Part shown: positions 8,705-14,403 of the stretch, one piece after another
How the letters are laid out: every line of letters starts with the position of its first letter
How positions within the stretch are numbered: position 1 is the stretch's first letter
UHGV virus genome: UHGV-0123060
Origin: a virus
Length of the DNA stretch: 14,403 nt
Direction: 5' to 3' (one strand)
The notes under the pieces: generated by a model
The model's input: only the letters and a program-made list of their open reading frames with translations
Database searches by the model: none
Told to the model about the DNA's origin: nothing
Made by a program: the position numbers and the translations under genes

Positions 8705-9478
8705 TCAGGCGAGATAGGGATGAGGTGTCGGGAATACGATTTCTTTGTAGCAACGGCAGTTAGGTAACTCCCCGGCGTGACCGGTCATGCCGTCAAGCGT
8801 TGGAGGTCGGCCCCATTCGACAAACTTCCCTTCCATCTCTCGATGAGAATGCCGGACGTCGCCATCTTCGGCTGTACGCCAGATATAGCCATTCGAGCCG
8901 ATTGACAGCGCACGCGCCTGATCCAGTGCACCGGTTGCGCGCCCAAGCTCAGTCCGGGCGATAAGGTTCGCTCGTGAGCGTGACACGTCACCGGAAGCAG
9001 CTATCTCTTTCGCGAATGGCTCAGCGCGGCCACCAGTCACAACAGCCTCGATGGCTTTGTTCTGAATGTCATACACGCGATCGGCAGCCTCAAGAGGCAG
9101 CGATTTGATGTACTTAATTTGCTCGGCGACGATGGATTTCATCACCTGGCCTACCGGGGCGCGGTCAACCATGTTACGCAGCTCTGCGCTGATGTTCCGG
9201 CTGTGCTGACGCCACTGCTTTTCATTCTGGCGCGCTATGTCTGCGGTGAAGTTCTCAGCAACCTTCGTCGCCCAGGGGGTGATGATTTCGCTGTAGCGCT
9301 CCAGCGCATCCATGATTTCGGTGACGCTATCGTTTGAACCATCGTAGCGCCCATTTACGATATCCCCGACCGCCCGCGCTATCTGCCGTAGGCTCGTTCG
9401 ATATCGGATCTCCGCCTGGCGACTCTGGCGGTTTGTCGCCAAGTTCGCCGATGCCTGGCGGCGCTTCGTCTTCGGCAT
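8705..9478 (-). CDS. Head morphogenesis protein, phage Mu F-like / SPP1 gp7 family
   Basis: C-terminal region carries the family motifs as I recall them (WRTAEDGDVRHSHREMEGK ... LPNCRCY). Located directly after the portal gene. First ATG at 9478 lies 152 nt inside the portal ORF, so the true start may be downstream. Confidence 0.8.
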   Translation of the reverse strand: MPKTKRRQASANLATNRQSRQAEIRYRTSLRQIARAVGDIVNGRYDGSNDSVTEIMDALERYSEIITPWATKVAENFTADIARQNEKQWRQHSRNISAELRNMVDRAPVGQVMKSIVAEQIKYIKSLPLEAADRVYDIQNKAIEAVVTGGRAEPFAKEIAASGDVSRSRANLIARTELGRATGALDQARALSIGSNGYIWRTAEDGDVRHSHREMEGKFVEWGRPPTLDGMTGHAGELPNCRCYKEIVFPTPHPYLA

Positions 9479-10796
9479 TCTCGATATCCTCGTCGGTAAT
9501 GGATGCTCCGATACCAGTGACGTCAGAGTTTTCGCGCAGGTCGGTCATTGCCGCCTTACGCGTCATCAATCCGTCGCCCAGCGCGGTGCTGATCGCGGTG
9601 GTGGTGTTTACGGCCACCGTTGAGCGGTCAACGTCAGACATTTGCCATAGCGGGTTAAACTCAAACGTGAAATCGTCCGGCAGCGGCTTGCCGAGTTCAG
9701 AGCGGTGCATAATGTCCAGTATCCGGCGCATCGGCAGCCGTAAGCGTCGCTCCTGCAATGAACTCACCCGGTCGTAATAGTTGGCGAGGTCAGCATCACC
9801 AGTAGAGAAGCCTTTCGGGGATTGACCGAACAGGCGTACCAGCGGGATGCCGACGGCACCGCTGATCTGCTCAGCGAACTGCGAAAGAATGTCATCCAGA
9901 CCGCTGAAGCTGTACTGGTGGGTTTCGAAGGTATCCTTGGCATCCATTAGCGTCATGCCTTCATTGCTCTGAAACTGGCGAATCAGATCAATGTTTTTCA
10001 GCAGCGCCTCGAATGCCGGGCCTCCCAGCGCAATAAGCTCACGAAGTTTTTCCACCTTGTAGGTCCGCAGATGCGCTTTGTAGACCAGCTGCGCCGCGCC
10101 GACAGTGGCGCTGTCGAACGCAGTAAGCCGATCCCAGATACGCTCTACAACCGACATTCCCCATTCGTTTTCGGTCATCTTCTGCTGGAATGGCAGCGTG
10201 ACGCCATCGAAGCGAATCAGGCGGCTGTGATGGATGCGCCAAGACGGGATGCCCGTAGCAGTGGTCACCACGTCGTAAAACTCAGGTTTGCCGAGATCCG
10301 GCCCCATCTCTTTAATGCGGCGGGTCAGCACCGGATTAATCATCCAGCGGTCGAGCGGGAGAATTCCCTTAAACTTGCCTTCTCCAATGGTTTCGAGCCG
10401 CAGCGGGGTCATTGGTGCCTGCCCCTCAATCATGATGAAGCCAACCGCGCCGCCGTAGAGACGCGACCATTTCAGCACGTCGTTCAGCGCATCCCAGATC
10501 TGCAACTCATCCAGCTGCGCTTCCAGGGTGCCACGGTCTTTGGCGTCAATCTCCGAAGTGATGCGAATGCCTTTCCGGGTCATATCGTCCGGGATAGCGT
10601 CGACCGCTTCGCCGATAACCCACGATCCGCGATATGACCATTCCACCAGCATGCGGTTGCGGCTGGTGAAGTTCGCCCGGTAGGTCGATGCTGAGTGCTG
10701 GTTAGGCGTCTGCATCCCCACGCGGGCGACAAAGTTCTCATAGCCATCAGCGGTGGCCTGCGCCGTTCGCTGAGAGGCTTGCTTGTTTCGTGCCAT
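9327..10796 (-). CDS. Portal protein, putative
   Basis: 489-aa ORF whose ATG (10796-10794) overlaps the terminase stop (TGATG). Size and position between large terminase and Mu-F-like gene; acidic Pro/Gly-rich disordered C-terminal tail. Confidence 0.7.
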   Translation of the reverse strand: MARNKQASQRTAQATADGYENFVARVGMQTPNQHSASTYRANFTSRNRMLVEWSYRGSWVIGEAVDAIPDDMTRKGIRITSEIDAKDRGTLEAQLDELQIWDALNDVLKWSRLYGGAVGFIMIEGQAPMTPLRLETIGEGKFKGILPLDRWMINPVLTRRIKEMGPDLGKPEFYDVVTTATGIPSWRIHHSRLIRFDGVTLPFQQKMTENEWGMSVVERIWDRLTAFDSATVGAAQLVYKAHLRTYKVEKLRELIALGGPAFEALLKNIDLIRQFQSNEGMTLMDAKDTFETHQYSFSGLDDILSQFAEQISGAVGIPLVRLFGQSPKGFSTGDADLANYYDRVSSLQERRLRLPMRRILDIMHRSELGKPLPDDFTFEFNPLWQMSDVDRSTVAVNTTTAISTALGDGLMTRKAAMTDLRENSDVTGIGASITDEDIENAEDEAPPGIGELGDKPPESPGGDPISNEPTADSAGGRGYRKWALRWFKR

Positions 10797-12418
10797 CAGG
10801 CCTGTCTCCCTAGCAGCTCCCAGATGTTCAGGGCTGAATTCATTGGCGCGTAGCTGATCATCACCGAGTCGGCGAGGTTCGGCGACTTGGTGCCGTCAGG
10901 CTGTTTATCAACAACGATTTTCCCCACGCCGTTAATGGAGTAGGTCGGCTGCGACAGCTCGATGATGAGTTTGTCTTTGTTCGCCATAGTGCCACTGATT
11001 GAGATGATTTCGTCCGGGTTGTAAGCCATCTTTTCAACCACGGCACGATAGGTGTTCTGGAAAAGCTTGCGTAACCGCCACCAGCTCTGGGCCTTGGCGT
11101 TAGCGAAAAAGTCCTTATTCAGGCGGGCGGCCTGTCCGTTGTCGCCGCGCACCGCTTCATCGTCCGGATCAAACACCGCGCCGCTACCGCGAAACGGTGT
11201 GGCGAGTATTGACGGTCGGCGCGCAGCGTTGCGCAGTTCGTTGATGGCGCGCGCATCGCCGCGAACGCCAGCGCCCAGGCCGTCCTCGTCGAAGCGAAAC
11301 TCTTCGAGGTTGTCCTGTTCGCAAAAGCCGAAGACCTTCTCAACAGATTGGTAAATGTCGCTGCCCACGCCGGACCATTCCCGCACGTTCTCCAGGAGGA
11401 AACCGTGACGGGTCGAAAAGGCATTTTTGTCCCGGCCTTCGTCGGCGACGTCCATCGCGCCCAGTCGCTTGCCCGTTGGCTGAATACCAAGTTTGATATG
11501 CGCGTCGACGGCAGCCTGTACCCAGTCGGACGGGATCAGGACGCCTTCCGCAGATGCGCTGTAGTTCAGGTCAAGTTCCTGCGCCACCACCACCGGATTG
11601 TCGATTTTCTCGCACTCCCTGCGATACCACTCTTCATCCTTGCGCGGGTCATCTCGCCAGTGGAACGTGAATACTGGTATCTTTCCGCCGTGGCGCTTCT
11701 GCGCGAACGGGTTCGCCATGCCATTAACCGAGCTCAGGTCAATACGGCAACGGGTGGTTTGCGACAGCGCCGCGTCAATCAGCAGAGGACGCTGGAGGAA
11801 TGCAGCCTCATCCACCAGGTAGAGGGTGGTACGGTCACCACGACCGATATTGTCGCCAGCCTCGCCTTTGATGACCGCGCCAGTATCGGGAAACTCAACG
11901 CGCATGTATGGCGCGTGCTTCTTCTCGTCCCACGAACCGCGAAACTCGACGGGCAGCGTTTCCACGAACTTGCGCGCCTTCCAGAACAGCGCCTTCGGGT
12001 CTCCGGTGCTGTCGACGTATTCCTCTTTACGGGAGCCGAAGCCGATGACCATTTCTTTGTTGAAGAGGCAGAGCGAACAGGCCAGCCCGATCGCCGTCCA
12101 GCTGAGCCCCATTTCGCGGCTCTTTTCGGTGATGCCGTTCTCCAGTCGTTCGCGCCGCTCCATGATCCAGTGAATCCACTCTTCCTGTTTCGGGAACAGC
12201 AGAAAAGGGATGGTGACCGGCAGGCCATAATCGATGTTACGCGGGTCAGTAGTCATCCCCCAGTCGATGATGAACTGTGCCGGGTTGGTGCGGTAAAACT
12301 GCTTTAGCGCTGGCAGCATTTCAGGGTTCTGGCGAATGCGCTGTAAGCGCTCCATCCGCCATTCAAAAACCATCTGGTAATCAGGGTTTCTGAAATCGAA
12401 TTCAAACGGAAGAGGCAT
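10796..12418 (-). CDS. Terminase large subunit
   Basis: About 541 aa; P-loop-like [12 protein letters not shown] and Walker-B-like [11 protein letters not shown] in the N-terminal ATPase part, acidic nuclease-type C-terminal half. ORF track start 12424 is a GTG overlapping the upstream stop; ATG at 12418 preceded by GGGTGA is the more likely start. Confidence 0.85.
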   Translation of the reverse strand: MPLPFEFDFRNPDYQMVFEWRMERLQRIRQNPEMLPALKQFYRTNPAQFIIDWGMTTDPRNIDYGLPVTIPFLLFPKQEEWIHWIMERRERLENGITEKSREMGLSWTAIGLACSLCLFNKEMVIGFGSRKEEYVDSTGDPKALFWKARKFVETLPVEFRGSWDEKKHAPYMRVEFPDTGAVIKGEAGDNIGRGDRTTLYLVDEAAFLQRPLLIDAALSQTTRCRIDLSSVNGMANPFAQKRHGGKIPVFTFHWRDDPRKDEEWYRRECEKIDNPVVVAQELDLNYSASAEGVLIPSDWVQAAVDAHIKLGIQPTGKRLGAMDVADEGRDKNAFSTRHGFLLENVREWSGVGSDIYQSVEKVFGFCEQDNLEEFRFDEDGLGAGVRGDARAINELRNAARRPSILATPFRGSGAVFDPDDEAVRGDNGQAARLNKDFFANAKAQSWWRLRKLFQNTYRAVVEKMAYNPDEIISISGTMANKDKLIIELSQPTYSINGVGKIVVDKQPDGTKSPNLADSVMISYAPMNSALNIWELLGRQA

Positions 12419-12420
12419 GA

Positions 12421-12894
12421 TCACCCCATCATCTTGCGGTAAATCTCTGCGGCCTGATCTGCGGTGAGGTTGGTCGTCTCGGTCTTGATCGGGCCGCCAT
12501 CCTTGCCAGTGCTCTCAACCTTCAGCTTATTGGTGTATGCATCGCCAACCTCTTTCGCGGCCTGCTCAATGAGCTGCGCCGTCAGGGAGAAGTTTTTCAT
12601 CCCCTCGGTTTTGGTTGCCATACGGTCAAGCACGCGGAGGCGATAGGATTTGTTCGCAATCGGAATGTCGCTGGTTTCGGTCAGGAATCGGTCGCGCGTC
12701 GCGTGGAACATCTCGATCCATTTTTTGGCGAGCGTCTTACCGCTGGCCTTCGTGGGGTCGTGAGATTCAGCCTGCTGGCGGGTGATCTTGATCCCGAATT
12801 CTTTTTGGACAGCCTCGACCACCTGCGATGGCGTGTCATAGCACGCAAGCGACTGAATGATGAAGGCTTTCACATCAGGTTTTAATGCAGCCAT
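12421..12894 (-). CDS. Terminase small subunit, putative
   Basis: 157-aa ORF immediately upstream of and coupled to the large terminase; SD GGATGGTGA before the ATG at 12894. Called by position and size. Confidence 0.55.
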   Translation of the reverse strand: MAALKPDVKAFIIQSLACYDTPSQVVEAVQKEFGIKITRQQAESHDPTKASGKTLAKKWIEMFHATRDRFLTETSDIPIANKSYRLRVLDRMATKTEGMKNFSLTAQLIEQAAKEVGDAYTNKLKVESTGKDGGPIKTETTNLTADQAAEIYRKMMG

Positions 12895-12925
12895 AAATCA
12901 CCATCCGTCTTATACAGTCCAGTAT

Positions 12926-13546
12926 TTAAGCCAGTCGCAGCATGCACGTCCCGCACGCTCTGGCAATATCGAGATGAGCAACCTCCGCTGGCTGATTCGC
13001 CGCATCAATCATTTCCTGCACGTCCCGGCTTGCACCGTAACGGCGAACCACGCCCACAAACTCTTCCACGTCATGACCGCGCAGCTTCAGCTTTGGCTGC
13101 CCTTCCTGCGTGAACTTCGGCGCGCCAAATTCATCTGTCGCCTGGCAGATGTGATAAAGCTCGTGCTCTATCAGCGCGCAGAATTCCAGATCGGAACATT
13201 GCGAGCAGTAATCGGCGGCCAGCGTGATGATGAACTGCGGCACCCTGCCGAACCACTCATACATCTGCTGCTCCATCCGCGCTTTCTGCCAGCCTCCAGC
13301 CCGCATTGCCACTTCTTCCGCCTGCCCCAGCACGGAACGCCCTTTCTTCTCGAAAGCGTTCGACGCCCAGAGAAAGCACAGATCCGCTTCAAGCAAATGC
13401 TGGTGATCAGGGTTGTAGAGGTCACCCTCATCGCTCAGGATGTGCTGATTCAGCCACTCGCCAACGTCATTAGCGGGCATAATGCTGATGTACGGCTTCG
13501 GGTCAGGTGGCATCGTAAAATGCGCTGGTGGGTGTGGTCTGTTCAT
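12926..13546 (-). CDS. Hypothetical Cys/His-rich protein with HExxH motif (candidate zinc metalloprotein/metallopeptidase)
   Basis: 206-aa ORF, ATG at 13546. Contains YCSQCSDLEFCALIEHELYHICQ (CxxC, C, HExxH, C) plus a C-terminal ACGTC; Pro-rich N-terminus. Sits between the lysis cassette and terminase genes. Confidence 0.6.
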   Translation of the reverse strand: MNRPHPPAHFTMPPDPKPYISIMPANDVGEWLNQHILSDEGDLYNPDHQHLLEADLCFLWASNAFEKKGRSVLGQAEEVAMRAGGWQKARMEQQMYEWFGRVPQFIITLAADYCSQCSDLEFCALIEHELYHICQATDEFGAPKFTQEGQPKLKLRGHDVEEFVGVVRRYGASRDVQEMIDAANQPAEVAHLDIARACGTCMLRLA

Positions 13547-13622
13547 GAATAATTCCAGTGCTCCATTATCAAGCCCACCAGCAGATGGGCTTTGTAATGG
13601 AAAGCCGTTGTGAAAGTGGCTC

Positions 13623-13643
13623 TAAAAAACCACAGATTTGTGG
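13623..13643 (-). terminator. Candidate intrinsic terminator (weak): CCACA-AAUC-UGUGG followed by U6 on the minus strand
   Basis: 5-bp stem (extendable by flanking A-U pairs) immediately after the 33-codon ORF stop, followed by six U (plus-strand A-run 13624-13629). Confidence 0.45.
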
Positions 13644-13745
13644 TTATGCGGCCAAGCGGTGCTGCTCTTCGATAAGTGGCTGGCGGTGATTACGCTCGAA
13701 CATGCCGCGCAGCACTTCTTTGCGTTGTTCGAAGTCCCACCCCAT
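13644..13745 (-). CDS. Very short ORF (33 aa) between two terminator hairpins; coding status uncertain
   Basis: ATG at 13745, stop TAA 13646-13644; product MGWDFEQRKEVLRGMFERNHRQPLIEEQHRLAA; no clear SD. Could be non-coding transcribed spacer. Confidence 0.2.
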   Translation of the reverse strand: MGWDFEQRKEVLRGMFERNHRQPLIEEQHRLAA

Positions 13746-13794
13746 GCTGATGAATACCGTGTTGGCGCGCTGTAGCTCGGTGAAATTCGGGCAT

Positions 13795-13818
13795 AAAAAA
13801 GCCCGACCGAAGTCAGGC
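13795..13818 (-). terminator. Intrinsic (rho-independent) terminator after Rz/Rz1
   Basis: Minus-strand RNA GCCUGAC-UUCG-GUCGGGC (7-bp stem including one G-U pair, UUCG tetraloop) followed directly by UUUUUU, starting 20 nt after the Rz stop. Confidence 0.7.
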
Positions 13819-13838
13819 TCTGTTATTTGGGTGACGAA

Positions 13839-14312
13839 TCACTTAAGACACTGCTCTTTGATGTAGTCCTGCATGCCGCGAATCATTTTGTCAGCGGTTG
13901 CGATTCCGTCCCGGTGATCGAAATAATTCCGTCGAGCGTCTGGAGTAAGTTCGGGGGCTCCTGCATCATCCACGCCGGTGGAGGAGGTGGCTTTTGGCAC
14001 TCCAGGGCAGGTTGCAGCGATGCGCAGCCGTTTAGCGCCAGAATCGACATCACGACGCAAATCGTTAATGGTCTTTTTAGCATCAGCCAGTTCTCCGGTG
14101 TATTTGGCATCCAGTGCAGCGACATCACGCTGGCGGGTCTGCATGTCTTTAATGGTGGCGGTCGCCAGGAGGAGTTTCTCAGTGGCCTTATCGCGCTGGT
14201 CTCTGTAAGTGATGGCGTTGTCGCGGTAGTGGTTCACGAAGAAAGCCAGTGCGCCGATTAACGCCAGCACCAGCAACTGCAGCCAGTAACGCTTAACCAG
14301 TGCGCTAATCAT
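13839..14312 (-). CDS. Rz: Rz inner-membrane spanin (i-spanin)
   Basis: 157 aa; N-terminal TM segment ([15 protein letters not shown]) then [10 protein letters not shown] ... [19 protein letters not shown], matching the lambda Rz core from memory; coiled-coil periplasmic domain. ATG at 14312 overlaps the upstream stop (ATGA). Confidence 0.9.
   Translation of the reverse strand: MISALVKRYWLQLLVLALIGALAFFVNHYRDNAITYRDQRDKATEKLLLATATIKDMQTRQRDVAALDAKYTGELADAKKTINDLRRDVDSGAKRLRIAATCPGVPKATSSTGVDDAGAPELTPDARRNYFDHRDGIATADKMIRGMQDYIKEQCLK
13883..14083 (-). CDS. Rz1: Rz1 outer-membrane spanin (o-spanin) lipoprotein, embedded in Rz in the +1 frame
   Basis: Entirely inside the Rz ORF in another frame. 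Signal peptide [19 protein letters not shown] followed by Cys (lipobox-like LNGC), then [16 protein letters not shown] and DGIIS, matching lambda Rz1 as I recall it. Start placed at the Met preceding the signal peptide; track ORF extends to 14128. Confidence 0.85.
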   Translation of the reverse strand: MLKRPLTICVVMSILALNGCASLQPALECQKPPPPPAWMMQEPPNLLQTLDGIISITGTESQPLTK

Positions 14313-14403
14313 GACAGGAACAGAGCTCGCTCTGCCTTGCGGCGATTCGTGAGCCCCGGCATCACCTTTCCGCCTGATTTATTCCAGCGCAGAAATTCAT
14401 CTG
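14309..14403 (-). CDS. Endolysin (phage lysozyme type), C-terminal fragment; gene continues beyond window
   Basis: Open frame from the window edge ending ...[30 protein letters not shown] with stop TGA 14311-14309 overlapping the Rz ATG. The RW..GGK..GL..RR..E motif pattern resembles the C-termini of T4/P21-type phage lysozymes. Confidence 0.7.
   Translation of the reverse strand, partial: DEFLRWNKSGGKVMPGLTNRRKAERALFLS

Noticed and set aside
10039-10637. Plus and minus small ORFs nested in the portal gene (e.g. 10071..10637 +, 10039..10242 -)
   Set aside because: Nested within a large, well-supported coding frame; no independent translation signals.
11348-12307. 319-aa plus-strand ORF
   Set aside because: Lies entirely antisense to the well-supported large terminase gene. 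Long antisense ORFs are expected in GC-rich coding DNA, and it has no start context or recognisable motifs.
12857-13552. 231-aa plus-strand ORF
   Set aside because: Antisense to the HExxH gene and the small terminase start; no RBS and no coherent domain features. The minus-strand genes fit the operon structure.
13547-13570. Possible sigma-70 promoter (TTGATA ... TATTCA) just upstream of the HExxH gene
   Set aside because: Poor -10 match and spacing; late phage operons are usually driven from a single upstream late promoter with antitermination. Not supportable from sequence alone.
13692-13794. Alternative 34-codon minus-strand ORF (MPEFHRATARQ...) starting at 13794
   Set aside because: Its ATG sits inside the terminator U-tract with no RBS and the product is low-complexity. 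The other frame (13644..13745) is at least cleanly bounded by the second hairpin, though also uncertain.
1-14403. Search for tRNA genes, CRISPR repeats, integrase/att sites, IS elements and a recognisable defence system
   Set aside because: No cloverleaf-like segments, no regularly spaced direct repeats and no recombinase or transposase ORFs were found. Every sizeable ORF is accounted for by lysis, packaging, head or tail functions except the HExxH protein and two small ORFs, which by themselves do not constitute a recognisable defence or anti-defence system.

Overview
The window is a single, tightly packed minus-strand late operon of a tailed-phage (prophage) morphogenesis region, about 55% GC, consistent with an enterobacterial host. 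Read 5'->3' on the minus strand (high to low coordinates) the order is: endolysin 3' end, Rz/Rz1 spanins (lambda-type lysis cassette), two intrinsic terminators flanking a 33-codon ORF, a Cys/His-rich HExxH protein, small and large terminase, portal, Mu-F-like head morphogenesis protein, a 66-aa AT-rich ORF, a scaffold-like acidic protein, a 167-aa head protein, major capsid candidate, a coiled-coil protein, four small neck/head-tail proteins, tail sheath, tail tube, a frameshifted tail chaperone pair, and the 5' part of the tape-measure gene. Most neighbouring genes abut or overlap (ATGA/TGATG junctions), indicating translational coupling. I see no tRNA, CRISPR array, integrase, transposase or recognisable defence or anti-defence system. 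The unexplained elements are the HExxH protein, the 66-aa AT-rich ORF and the terminator-flanked 33-codon ORF; none can be assigned a function from sequence alone. The first 27 nt are Illumina adapter, so the contig end is artefactual. All product calls rest on reading the translations, motifs remembered from known families, and gene order; no database search was run.
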